The notes beneath the pieces are model-generated. The model was not told the origin of the DNA. It saw nothing but the letters and a program-made list of their open reading frames with translations, and made no database searches. This document shows, piece by piece, positions 30,201 to 36,218 of a stretch of 60,252 nucleotides of DNA. The position numbers were made by a program, and so were the translations under genes. Where the stretch lies: assembly GCA_964577175.1 (NCBI GenBank), contig CAZNYC010000005.1, forward strand, positions 1 to 60,252, given 5' to 3'. This DNA comes from an uncultured Anaerolineales bacterium. GTDB lineage: Bacteria; Planctomycetota; Phycisphaerae; FEN-1346. How positions within the stretch are numbered: the stretch's first letter is position 1; the number at the start of each line of letters is the position of its first letter.

Positions 30201-30817
30201 CGAACGGCCTCACCATGACGACCAACGGCACGATCGACCTCACGGGCGGCAACGTGATCGTCGGCTACGAGGCCGGCTCCAGCCCGTTCGACCAGGTCGA
30301 GGCCTGGGTCGTCTCCGGCTACAACGGTGGCACCTGGGACGGCGACGGTATCGCCTCCAGCCTGGCGGCCACCGACGGCAAGCCCACGGCGCTCGCCGTC
30401 GCAGACAACACGGATCCGCTCCTCGGTATCGCCGACCTCGAAGGCGAACTGCTCGACGCCGACGGCTCCGATGTGCTTGTCAAGTTCACCTGGTTCGGCG
30501 ATGCCAACTTCGACGGTGTCATCGACGCGGCCGACTACGCCCTCATCGACCAGTCCTGGAACGGCGGCAACCAGTCGCCGGCCGGTGGCGGCGATTGGCG
30601 ATGGGCCGCCGGGGACTTCAACTACGACGGCATCGTGGACGCCGCCGACTACGCCCTCATCGACCAGGTCTGGAACAACTTCCAGGGTCAGACGCTGGGC
30701 GAGAAGCCGGCCCTGCTCGGCACGGGCGGCGGGACCCCGACGCCCGAACCGGCGACGCTGGCCCTGCTGGCCCTCGGCGCCGGTGCCATGCTGGCCCGCC
30801 GCCGGCGAAACCGGTAA
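18224..30817 (+). CDS. Giant (4197 aa) secreted surface protein: signal peptide, multiple autotransporter-associated beta-strand (PATR)-like repeats, three PA14-like modules, one ConA/DUF1349-like module, two dockerin-like Ca-binding repeats, PEP-CTERM anchor
   Basis: RBS GGGAGAAAG then ATG. Signal LLGAAVVALAVVTAFGAMRAPAA. PATR-like LTKTGAGALVFDQ, VTKAGTGSLQLDG, VEKTGAGTMAIED. PA14-like at about 18.9-19.4 kb, 26.7-27.15 kb (WEGGIEITPAEAGQEIQFGVNSDDGVELLIDGQL) and 29.4-29.8 kb. GSGDDIWNNADDFYYVYQ module at about 20.2-20.7 kb. GDANFDGVIDAADYALIDQ and GDFNYDGIVDAADYALIDQ at about 30.5-30.7 kb. C-terminal TPEPATLALLALGAGAMLARRRRNR. Confidence 0.9.
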   Translation: MTSRSHWKLLGAAVVALAVVTAFGAMRAPAATYTWQGGDFDEPTSWTVADNWFEAGGPPSLGDTAVFTTNPFEFSVDLGTAMQAVDALEFTGLGFGEDYTIANGTLGLGFPGANAALTQDATVDADTVTTISAGVVENTMVPGLELSVEAGTLRLTGQLGASTEKLTAIVPAGGTSVASGATLAITNATTEAATKNYVDGTIAVAGRLEGVGNALDAATVELQDGGALHMTGTVETLVPGLLRKRYEGGVAGGSGWDPWDTLAAQTPVEVVADTNGINDGSDGDAGTVPFLDPPSDLGNYAMTWEGFIYLEAGQDGVFQLRSRADDHHRVWVNDLAEGNPVLSHSGANNTQNTTYDFSGMAEMYIPFRAGFTEGGGGDYMWFAWDGGTGTITDDTIADGPGDPLAGNQFWHLDEVTRPAATDTNLALVAGATGTLEPTGDVALGSLTFNDGSTLNVAPTGNVADALSFTDTTMASGTDPVSGTLNTPMDVPAGPLTLGDLDGVSNSDSTVNQLTKDGAGKVTFTDVKSADDWNATLEVTVNAGELAMTGQVGNPIPAEEDIITFQNSNVNAGGTLSVTNYKDGDARNKVAGSVNVNPGGTLVFGGKSGASSLGSADVVLDGGKVVVEGLGGAVFQEIAIDNDTPSDNEGSYTFDGTTHRVEGSGDDIWNNADDFYYVYQEVPEGAAIDVSAHVLGFDGGTNGWRKAFLMIRDDLTAPSAFNGIMQSANDNVGGQWRDSAGAGAASGYHGGDPEPTWIRIVREAGADTASYYFKQNEADPWQLEGTHAVSMTDVDYIGMGVTSHNEGELTTGLYQNVEGFIYDMQLADLGNDVTISGTSEIETLGPVLLGDATVADATALTVTSPADGLVAFATSTFGDGASAAGATLNPTTGDLYLGEVNDQGQALTLTKTGAGALVFDQTDVANTTANTTVDLQEGTVGAGGTAGGVNPLGGAVVQMTGADTAVVLTSKGGDYALDNAFDFDASGRLEAHTFGFSGVAENATITLDNPTAGGFDIATGETLTVSTADGYTLNLDNEVSGGGTLLVESGKVTVANDGVLDGGTPLEIGPFGFVHFIVPPAVQPPIGVGGGGAIGGDLGGVDMGNVDFGPGGIVVQDPATGNHPTFAQQGACDLYLGVTDVAGTYDGIGCNEGGGDISGDGPAYEGTYRGVALDPMFATGDFTGTIGEAEQDPPTYHSSGYEVLIRDDWTFDGATFDAEAGHPVTVIGEPGKLATFTTAINGTADTFIREGIAPVDGGSAGDMSSDILAFAGADVLAGDRIMTLKNGVATFATGGNNGVAADATLEIDQNATLFLTSAPANGTLLIKEGGYLRFSDQAQLAGGATFEYEDVTPDANPWVINDQDIFDWVAEGFPTDKAVNIVASAGRFDLGLFVGQNSVITLPYSESRDLRQHGASDPWSIQIHDDLKDGSADTVRMAVAEGQTMQVHSNTDLSNDLGDADSRATLVVGYGPGETLPWLPSGGGSLNYQQVPMTGSTYFRLGEGEDGHLLGGLDVRSGEARFGDNDPNNGQQAVLVDINGPVTVREGASLVLRATQNTDYTPQLEAGTWGTTQTWEKDSYVEWMVKNDTGDVRELTQAVIVGGGAADASEATHFNLDHYEQQGGSDQGPDEGYLLTDVTMQDGAYLELEQHNFSDKGARRLHLKLEGTATAAGNDFSISGEAAVPGTPVTLLVGDAAHPDPTFTLGITGPLSEDVTLLDNQAENTDHWLYDLYYGKYANGVDEDGDGDPLREEWGAGSTLEIGGQHIINVRVDEDGDGANPLNTNVFAGTVRVMNNVEPGTLPQWDEVEKNLGAVWDARIRSDRDANRGRPRQLVEFKDLVLADGALVTTGDDDANSISDITLEGPTGYYWNNAGRDHFVRDVTGTPGSVLVLYPDNDLDMLGTITDTDLMAVGDDDIWLQPGFDLGGNTFTYQLSDQFNVMTDPGAGTINIGPNMQGENNFDGDHNGLEIFHGANNDDTIGETGWGDDLVITHAGQVRINMRSDKALTAGDQNINVLNAEIRVADNSEGWDLDLYADSDVNAPPGLSVNHFANVHILPDDPELNDAMPELRFRQFDGSHNRVSLVLENDVQLRAGPGGGGQLYYIGDLTDAVPDDGTEHTVYAVTNGAGEDAPLDGTIGDEVVLQLDANGGGQFRITEPLNETAFGSLDLNGRTVQVARSTNGGGRFGALVVMDDAPAGIGTGTILVDGGLHGDNTRLAFDADHDGSGNEVNWGEDVDIIIQNTTDNDAEVEGWVDTGNVGPVQTIAQKVQIVDANTDWGAHDARVDAEHRSDDGFSPGRVEFENLEFHLDARAELRASGNGNMPRLLVNPTINGRAGLVNNSSESRIFVGDVDYADGVVPAGDHDMRLESMGGQQTRFVGNVDANVVNWNWASLEDGFVVTDSATGDTDGHFDVDGLTFLRTDIEADAITVFDGGDNVLYIDTLGATKFDPADLDLANGARLGLTVDRDLADDAWDTVDDRQARIYIGKNAYAGTLTLNDNDTEIGSDLRDNASMTAPLAGAATQVTFEGGDNMLTLEAGVIDEAGLGGGSPVSVNYANNVRIAGAQSHTGDAMVSADRTYMLDTGAFGSGAVISAGGTLDLQVDLANPLVLAGGGIYATGTPRAVTGALTDAGNADPGTVTLGADDTLTFTQDLQVKGPRTVDVTDGTAVFAGNLTSDAGTWTVTKAGTGSLQLDGDASGVNLQLGTSPGGTTLVGASGTPPAAVTIGHDSAYGVEQVDHDYAEVDMAASTGAIALGADTNVNLTMQTEMKLGAANDSRYTGSLSPNAGTYELGGGDGTLTVAAGSMTGANDLNIGPRAPVVTDTTGLTGTYIDLSDGGPEPQTTDDIDFAQTPILTRIDPVVDWTGWEAPGSGDDADNWPQGDNLAIIWEGGIEITPAEAGQEIQFGVNSDDGVELLIDGQLASNPGRNKPQGMTGNWNEVAGAPMTLSEGYHSLQLKYWEWAGGEGARLLWDVGLTGTGTLIPADNLLSGTFDELPYDGMVVLEGADATDSVTGVIDINMAAGIKAAGTGDDPFSAIDDATEINIGPDGSLDIGDADLTTATATTALGKLTLAGGFTRNGATITLNDMLDMDTGDWPLGVFRIGGGGGEGAVTTLQAGTALASGEILNKVGSNTLHLVAGDVNWIDHHVIDGGKVIADDQNALGQSLRVEINNDAELEMGAENLALQTRFVLNDQAVLDLQGHTYVAAASNTDPAVDETALTLGAGADALLTGGVGTVLDLAQNSDPADKIAAGSGSLTLDNDTTLITAVGGSANFNLRNDATLRYTDAAGASSAGIGSMQPGALVTVDDGVSGTINGGAAITFDVDPDAGPAGWSSDTNTYEINVGTDSTLTFDSNAWPGDSTFHSASYTDETGMVREPVAYVEKTGAGTMAIEDANYDDGMNQPNKIYWIVSEGTLNAGGDTTWGRGLNATAGGWVGNDSRTLPISRNHLEGVEIGENATLIWEGLQGALPAADWYPGLLPEDGSEGDGLLADELIMNHNATLQGEGLVLGFYHEYQKPATDSTDLMIDAYPLYPTVVTNSPTTVNLGGQIELRSGIKLTDTGPLTVNVNGDVHFGNTDLIDRVNADGGSLGTDVIDTLNVQGGSANIYRSQTAMSATNVDAGAALNIDPDGAAGDPVTYAGTVNNDGTVSVQSGEVTMEGNLLNNGTATFSGDTVNINGATVTNDGVMKVTAGTTNVQNQITSSAAPGELFTSGLVAGKTAGNNRFNDLPTNPDALVVLPDLQDMNWSGNGAGPDTFANGDEIPTVPGTELDGNLWNNNHTWVYEGEFFHQGGTANFGENFDDGVLLVIDGQTLLDDGGWNTQTAGTFDLAPGWYDFHAAFAQGGGGAGPVQGFPYGLGYDPAGGTSWEQIPSSSFRTPGDALGILSVSGGAVANVNGGFTGFNAVEIHGTLNVGASSDTRAAYNNGTLNVQDGVTLNVTGEPGLIDGNLSNSGNVSVGTGSLVNVAGAVSNDGNITVGDGSTVASNGLTMTTNGTIDLTGGNVIVGYEAGSSPFDQVEAWVVSGYNGGTWDGDGIASSLAATDGKPTALAVADNTDPLLGIADLEGELLDADGSDVLVKFTWFGDANFDGVIDAADYALIDQSWNGGNQSPAGGGDWRWAAGDFNYDGIVDAADYALIDQVWNNFQGQTLGEKPALLGTGGGTPTPEPATLALLALGAGAMLARRRRNR

Positions 30818-30861
30818 AACGACTCCCGGGCCGGTCTCCGGCCCGGTGCCAACCCACAACG

Positions 30862-30898
30862 AAGAGGCCGCTCCGTGCGGAGCGGCCTCTTCTCTTTC
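30862..30898 (+). terminator. Rho-independent terminator of the giant gene
   Basis: AAGAGGCCGCTCC-GTGC-GGAGCGGCCTCTT stem followed by the pyrimidine/T-rich CTCTTTCC, 45 nt after the stop codon. Confidence 0.7.
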
Positions 30899-30905
30899 CA
30901 GCCCC

Positions 30906-30979
30906 GTGCCACGGCCGGCCTTGTCCGGCCGTGCATCCCGCAGGCCCTCATCGCGGCGGGGCAAGACCCGCTGTGGCAC
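30906..30979. repeat. Two CTTGYC-loop hairpins (30906-30933 forward, 30953-30979 reverse)
   Basis: GTGCCACGGCCGG-CCTTGT-CCGGCCGTG and GCGGCGGG-GCAAGA-CCCGCTGTGGCAC read directly. Confidence 0.55.
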
Positions 30980-31081
30980 ATCCGTTTCGAGAGTGCCGGC
31001 ACCCGTTCGTGCGCGGCGGGTCGGGAGAGGGCCGGAGGGATGCACGCCCGAGCGGGAAGGAAACGTCCACAGCAAAAAACG

Positions 31082-31158
<77 letters not shown>

Positions 31159-31288
31159 GACCGGGCGGCACACGGGGCGGGGCGCCCTGCCCTCGGCGCC
31201 GCGACACCACTATAGTCACCCCTTAAGGGAATCGGTCAAGGCGCGGGCGGCACGTGAGCCGTCCCGCCTGCGGCGAAACGCCCAGGTC

Positions 31289-32014
31289 CTAGAACGGCTT
31301 GCTGGACCACCGGCGGAGGTACACCTGGTCCACCGCCGCACGGTCCGAGAGCGACAGCAGGTACATTACCGTCTGCGCCACGTCGTCCGGGGCGAGCAGG
31401 ATCGACGGGTCCAGGTCCGGCCGCGCCTGACGCACCAGGTCCGTGTCTACCCCTCCCGGCAGGACGGCACTGACGCGGATGCCGTGCGGCTGGGCCTCGA
31501 CCGCCAGCGACTTCGTGAGGCCCATGACCGCGTGTTTCGTGGCTGTGTACGCCGCCTGGTTCGGGTATCCCTTGAACCCCACCACGCTGGAGATGTTGAT
31601 GATCGTGCCGCGGCGTGCGGGCGCCATCATGCGGACGGCCTCCTGGCAGCACAGAAATGTGCCGCGCACGTTCACCCCGATGACGTGATCCAGGTCCTCG
31701 ACGGGGAACTCCGCCACGGGCCCGTACCGTCCGACACCGGCGTTGTTGACGAGGACGTCGAGGCGGTCCCAGCGGTCGCGGACGGCCGCGAACAGCCCCC
31801 GGACGGACGCCTCGTCCGCCAGGTCCGTCGGGACGGCGAGGGCCTCGCCTCCGGCGTCGGCGATCTCGTCGGCGACGGCCCGGATCTCGGGTTCCGTCCG
31901 GGCGGCGACGACGACGCGGGCGCCGGCGTCGGCCAGCGACCGGGCAATGGCGCGGCCGATGCCGCGGCCGGCGCCCGTCACGACGGCCACGTGGTCCGAG
32001 AGGTCGGGCGGCAC
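31289..32014 (-). CDS. Short-chain dehydrogenase/reductase (SDR) family oxidoreductase
   Basis: TGAGRGIGRAIA, NNAG and YTATK (YxxxK) motifs. Start set to the GTG at 32012-32014, preceded by GAAGGAG. The longer ORF track N-terminus overlaps the upstream gene and is Arg/Pro-rich junk. Confidence 0.8.
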   Translation of the reverse strand: MPPDLSDHVAVVTGAGRGIGRAIARSLADAGARVVVAARTEPEIRAVADEIADAGGEALAVPTDLADEASVRGLFAAVRDRWDRLDVLVNNAGVGRYGPVAEFPVEDLDHVIGVNVRGTFLCCQEAVRMMAPARRGTIINISSVVGFKGYPNQAAYTATKHAVMGLTKSLAVEAQPHGIRVSAVLPGGVDTDLVRQARPDLDPSILLAPDDVAQTVMYLLSLSDRAAVDQVYLRRWSSKPF

Positions 32015-32076
32015 GTCGGTCTCCTTCGATGCCGGTGGCTGGGAGGCGCGGGGGCGGCCTGGCGCACGGCCCCGCG

Positions 32077-33447
32077 TCAGGAGGAGGGTACCGTCTGGGG
32101 ATCGGTTTGACAACCGTATTCGGCCGGCCCGGCATCGTCGGCCGGCTGCCGCTCGGTCGGCCGGTCCCGGAGCCCGCCCGTCCACACCTCGAACTCGTGC
32201 CGGCCCCGCGACTCTGCCGGGTCGTACAGGACGACGTACGCCATTTCTTTCCAGGAGGCGAAGTGGGGCTCGGCGCCGCCGGTCTCGGCCATCTGCCAGA
32301 CGGTCCGCCACGTGCCCGTGTTCAGGTAGAAACGGTCCGGGCCCTCGGGCGAGACGGGGCCGAGGGGCACGCTCTCGGAACGATGGCTGTGCCCGTAGAC
32401 GACGAACCGTGGGTGCCGGCCGTCCGGCCCGCATTCGTCCAAGGCGCGAGCGGCGTATTTCGAGACCGGCAGGTTCCACAACAGCCGCCACCCGCGGACC
32501 GCGCGGTCGGCGAGGCGCGGCCAGGAATCCAGGACGTTGACCTTCCGGCGGCGTACGTCGCCGAGCAGGGCCTTCAGGTACCACCGTTGGATCCAGGACA
32601 ACTGGTCCGCCACAAGTGTCCGGACGGCGGGGTTGCGGCGGAAGTCGTCGACCACGCGTTCCATCGCCCGGTCGACCGCCGCCAGCACCTGCGGGGCGTT
32701 CTTGCCGAGTTCGGCGACCGTTTCGAGCACCCAGGTGGCCAGGTGCGTCATGGGGCGGACGTTGTCGATTTCGCGGAGCCGGCGGACGGCCTCGTCGGCG
32801 GCTGCGCCGGGACCAAGTTCCTTGCCCACCTCCAGGGGAAACCGGTTCAGCAACTCGACGATGATGGCGTCGCCCAGGCTGGAGGCCCCCTGCCCCTCCC
32901 TGTCCGCACCGTTGATCCGATCATGCACGTCGCCGTGCCGCGCCACGACGTCGTACGCGTCCGGAGGCGAGCGGAAAACGAACGGGAAGCCGTCCCGGAC
33001 GTAGGCGGCGTCGAGGCGCAGGCGGTCCGCCACGAGCCGGCGGGCCGACGCGTACCGGTTGATGAGCCAGTCGTGGTTGCCGAGGACGTACTCGAGACGG
33101 ATGGGTCCCTGCGGCAGGTGGCCGGCCAGCGCGATGCGGGCGGGGATATCGAGCAGGTGGTCAATGGCCCACCGGTTCACACGGAGGGTGCGGCGGAGGA
33201 TGTCGAGGACCACGCGTTCCTGGGCGGGGCCCGGCTCGCTCCAGGGGCGGACACCGGCCGCGTTCAGCCACAGGTTGCTGCGCACGAGGTCCAGCCCGTC
33301 GCCGAGAAGGACGAGGCGCAGTTCGTTCGGGCTCCGCCGGCGGACGAGGTCGACGACCTGGTCCGCGAACCGATCGAATGCCTCTTCATTGATCGTGTCG
33401 CTGCTGGAGCCGTCGGTCAAGTGCACGTCGCTAAAGAAAACAAGCAT
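32077..33447 (-). CDS. Calcineurin-like metallophosphoesterase
   Basis: FSDVHLTD (DxH), LLGDGLD (GDxxD), LGNHDW (GNHD) and YGHSHR (GHxH). ATG at 33445-33447, 36 nt after the phoR stop. Confidence 0.75.
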   Translation of the reverse strand: MLVFFSDVHLTDGSSSDTINEEAFDRFADQVVDLVRRRSPNELRLVLLGDGLDLVRSNLWLNAAGVRPWSEPGPAQERVVLDILRRTLRVNRWAIDHLLDIPARIALAGHLPQGPIRLEYVLGNHDWLINRYASARRLVADRLRLDAAYVRDGFPFVFRSPPDAYDVVARHGDVHDRINGADREGQGASSLGDAIIVELLNRFPLEVGKELGPGAAADEAVRRLREIDNVRPMTHLATWVLETVAELGKNAPQVLAAVDRAMERVVDDFRRNPAVRTLVADQLSWIQRWYLKALLGDVRRRKVNVLDSWPRLADRAVRGWRLLWNLPVSKYAARALDECGPDGRHPRFVVYGHSHRSESVPLGPVSPEGPDRFYLNTGTWRTVWQMAETGGAEPHFASWKEMAYVVLYDPAESRGRHEFEVWTGGLRDRPTERQPADDAGPAEYGCQTDPQTVPSS

Positions 33448-33483
33448 GCGTGGGCAAGCAGCCTCCGCGGAGATGGTGCGACG

Positions 33484-35349
33484 TCACGCCTCTCTCTCCT
33501 TCGGCCGGTCGGCCACGAAGGCGGAGACGGTGGTTCCTTTGCCGGGCTCGCTCCGAAGGGACACGCGCCCGCCGAGGCGTTCCACGGCGTGTTTGACGAT
33601 GGCCAGCCCCAGCCCCGTGCCGCGCGCCTTCGTGTCGCCGCTACGGGACAGGTCGGCCTGGTAAAAACGTTCGAAGATGCGTCCCTGTTCGCCGCGCGTG
33701 ATGCCGCAGCCCGTGTCGGCGACGCGGAGCAGGACGCCTTCGTCCTCGTACTCGGCGGAGAGGGTCACGCGTCCGCCCTCGGGGGTGAACTTGATGGCGT
33801 TGTCGAGGAGGTTCTGAAGGACGAGTTCCACGAGTTTGCGGTCGGCGACGAAGGTACGATCCGGTTCGGCGGTGTCGGCTTCGAGCGTGACGCCCTTGGA
33901 GGCGGCGGCGTCGGCGAACTGGCCTTCGGCCCAGGCGGCGAGGTCGCCGAGCGCCATCTCGTCCTCGCGTCCGCCCCGCTTGGCGGTCTCGACGGCGTGG
34001 AGGTCCAGAAGGTCGAGCGTCAGGCTTTCGAGCCGATCCACGTTCCGCCGGAGGATGCCGAGCATCCGGCGGAAGGCCTCGGCGTCGGGGGGCGTGCTTT
34101 CCTGTTCCTCCTCGATGGCGTCGACGGCGGCCCGGAGGGTGGCCAGCGGGGTCCGCAACTCGTGCGACGCGTTGGCGACGAACTCGGCCTTCATGGCGGC
34201 GGTCCGGACCAGGTCCGTCACGTCGCGGACGACGACGAGGCCGCCGATATCGCCGGCGGGTGTGGGCTCCAGCCGCGAGGCCCGCACGTCCAGGTGCCGG
34301 CGTTGGTGGCCGATGTCCGCCTCCACCTCGCACCGGACGGTGCGGCCGGTGCGGCCGGCGTCGTTGTAGGCCTCGACGATGTCGGCGATGCGGACGACGT
34401 TCTGGATGTGCGTGCCGAGGACGTCGTCGCCCTCGCGGGCGAGGAGGTCGCGGGCGGCGCGGTTCATCAGGACGATGTGGCCGGTCTCGTCGGTGGCAAT
34501 GACCCCCTCCCGCAGGTTGGCTACCACCTGTTCCAGATTGCCGCGCTGGGCGGACACGGTGGCGATCTGCCGGGCCAGGCTGTCGCGCATGACGTTCAGG
34601 GCCTGGCCGAGTTCGACGAGTTCCGCCGACCCGCGGACGGTGACGCGCCCGGAGAGTTCGCCGGAGGCGATCTGGTGGGCCGCCCGGGTAATGTCACGCA
34701 GCGGCCGATACCAGAGCCAGTTGATGAGGAGGCCGATAAGGGCGAACGCCCCGATCGCAACGAGCGACCCCCACAGGATGCCCTCGCGGAGGACGGCCCG
34801 GCTCACGAGGACCGCAAGGACGGGCGTGGCGATGCGGGCCACGCCTGCCACCTCCCCCTCATGATGAATGGGACGGGCCACGTAACGGAACCGCGTGCCG
34901 AGGGTCTCGCTGCGGCGCACGTGGCTTCCCGGACGGTCGGCGAGGGCGGCCATGATCTCCGGCCGGTCGTCCGTCCGGTGATTCTCCATGCGATCCGGGT
35001 TGCCCCGGCTGTCGCCGAGGACGCGGCCGTCGCGTGCGATGATGGTGAGACGGGCGGGGATGTCGTGGCCCAGGGTGGGCGCGGCCGCGGCCGGCGCTTC
35101 GTCCGCCGGCTGGAGAAACGCCTTGCACAGGCGGTCGACCTGGGGTTGGGGCACCGGCCAGATGTCCTCGAGATACTGGGCGGCGGCCAGGCAGAGGTTG
35201 TCCTGGTAGGCGTTGCTGATGCGGCGATGCTGCGCGTTGACGGCCCGGTAAGACACCGCCGCCGCCACCACGACGGCGACGACGACGATGATGAGATTCC
35301 CGACGAAGAGCCGGACGAAAAAACTATGCGTCTTCATTGGCTTCCGCAT
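33484..35349 (-). CDS. phoR: Phosphate-regulon-type sensor histidine kinase (TM-periplasmic-TM, HAMP, PAS, HisKA, HATPase)
   Basis: H-box ASHELRTPLATL, N box LLDNAIKFTPEGG, G boxes ADTGCGI and GTGLGLAIVKH. Immediately downstream of, and overlapping, the OmpR-family regulator. An alternative ATG lies at 35337. Confidence 0.75.
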   Translation of the reverse strand: MRKPMKTHSFFVRLFVGNLIIVVVAVVVAAAVSYRAVNAQHRRISNAYQDNLCLAAAQYLEDIWPVPQPQVDRLCKAFLQPADEAPAAAAPTLGHDIPARLTIIARDGRVLGDSRGNPDRMENHRTDDRPEIMAALADRPGSHVRRSETLGTRFRYVARPIHHEGEVAGVARIATPVLAVLVSRAVLREGILWGSLVAIGAFALIGLLINWLWYRPLRDITRAAHQIASGELSGRVTVRGSAELVELGQALNVMRDSLARQIATVSAQRGNLEQVVANLREGVIATDETGHIVLMNRAARDLLAREGDDVLGTHIQNVVRIADIVEAYNDAGRTGRTVRCEVEADIGHQRRHLDVRASRLEPTPAGDIGGLVVVRDVTDLVRTAAMKAEFVANASHELRTPLATLRAAVDAIEEEQESTPPDAEAFRRMLGILRRNVDRLESLTLDLLDLHAVETAKRGGREDEMALGDLAAWAEGQFADAAASKGVTLEADTAEPDRTFVADRKLVELVLQNLLDNAIKFTPEGGRVTLSAEYEDEGVLLRVADTGCGITRGEQGRIFERFYQADLSRSGDTKARGTGLGLAIVKHAVERLGGRVSLRSEPGKGTTVSAFVADRPKEREA

Positions 35350-36034
35350 CCTCAGCCGTCATCCGGTACCCCACGCCCCGGACCGTCTGGATGCAGGCCC
35401 GCGCATCGCCGAGTTTGCGGCGAAGGGCCGTGAGATGGACGTCGATCGTGCGATCCGTGACGATGGCGTTGATGCCCATCGCCTGGTCGATGAGTTGGTT
35501 CCGCGAGAGGACGCGTCCCCGGGCGGCCACGAGGGCGACCAGGAGCCGGAACTCCGTCAGGGTCAGGCTGACCGTTTCGCCGTTGACTTCGACCACGTGG
35601 CGGTCGGGGTCGATCGTGACGGGCCCGCACGTGAGCGGCCCCTTTCCGCCGTTCATCGCGGCGGCGCGACGGAGCACCGCGCCCATCCTCGCCACGAGCA
35701 CGGACATGCTGAACGGCTTCGTGACGTAGTCGTCTGCGCCCAGTTGGAGGCCGACCACGACGTCGCTGTCCTCGCCCTTGGCCGTCATCATGATGATGGG
35801 GACACCGGCGGTCCGGGGGTCCTGGCGCATCTCCGTGACCAGGTCGGTGCCGCTGAGGCGGGGCAGCATGATGTCCACGATGGCGAGGTCCGGCGGCTTG
35901 GACCGGACCTTTTCAAGGCCCTCCTGGCCATCGTAGGCCACCTCCACCAGGTAACCCTCCCGCTTGAGGCGCATGGAGACCAGGTCGGCCATGTCCCGTT
36001 CATCTTCGACCACAATGATTCGTTTCTTTGACAT
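35324..36034 (-). CDS. phoB: OmpR/PhoB-family response regulator
   Basis: MSKKRIIVVEDE, phospho-acceptor context DLAIVDIMLP, YVTKP, winged-helix LTLTEFRLL..VRGVGYRM. ATG at 36032-36034. The longer ORF track N-terminus was rejected. Divergent from pstS. Confidence 0.8.
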   Translation of the reverse strand: MSKKRIIVVEDERDMADLVSMRLKREGYLVEVAYDGQEGLEKVRSKPPDLAIVDIMLPRLSGTDLVTEMRQDPRTAGVPIIMMTAKGEDSDVVVGLQLGADDYVTKPFSMSVLVARMGAVLRRAAAMNGGKGPLTCGPVTIDPDRHVVEVNGETVSLTLTEFRLLVALVAARGRVLSRNQLIDQAMGINAIVTDRTIDVHLTALRRKLGDARACIQTVRGVGYRMTAEDAEANEDA

Positions 36035-36086
36035 AGCGCCATCATGATACAGCGCCCAGCCGGCGCCGACAATAGACTTCAAGCGG

Positions 36087-36143
36087 TTTAGCCGAACCTT
36101 AATCCGACCACAGCGCAGCCTTAAACACGATTGCCAATAATAT
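36087..36143 (+). promoter_or_regulatory. Candidate Pho boxes: 7-mers TTTAGCC, CTTAATC and CTTAAAC at 36087, 36098 and 36120, followed by a candidate -10 TAATAT at 36138-36143
   Basis: Direct repeats phased at 11 and 22 bp. The last box ends 11 nt before the -10 and occupies the -35 position, as in PhoB-activated promoters. The same arrangement occurs upstream of the porin gene. Confidence 0.4.
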
Positions 36144-36218
36144 GAGTAGCCGTAGGGCGCGCAGGGCGCGAGTCTTGCGCTGAGAATTGCGGATTCGCAT
36201 GAGAAAGGAGACGCATCA

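Noticed and set aside
17996-31075. A 4359-aa ORF on the minus strand spanning the whole giant gene and beyond
   Set aside because: It is antisense to the plus-strand gene, which has a signal peptide, recognisable domains, a PEP-CTERM end, an RBS and a terminator. The minus-strand translation is Gly/Ala/Val/Asp/Arg low complexity with no motifs and runs through intergenic repeats. This is a typical GC-driven stop-free shadow frame. The 13-kb length is a curiosity, not a gene.
31289-32584. Long N-terminal extensions in the ORF track for the SDR. The same issue affects phoB 35324..36670, the redoxin 56065..57414, pstA 38298..40178, pstB 39236..41113 and the dehydrogenase 222..1592.
   Set aside because: The extensions overlap the upstream genes, are Arg/Pro/Gly-rich, and precede well-placed internal starts that have RBS-like sequences or 4-nt start-stop overlaps. 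The trimmed coordinates are used in the feature list.
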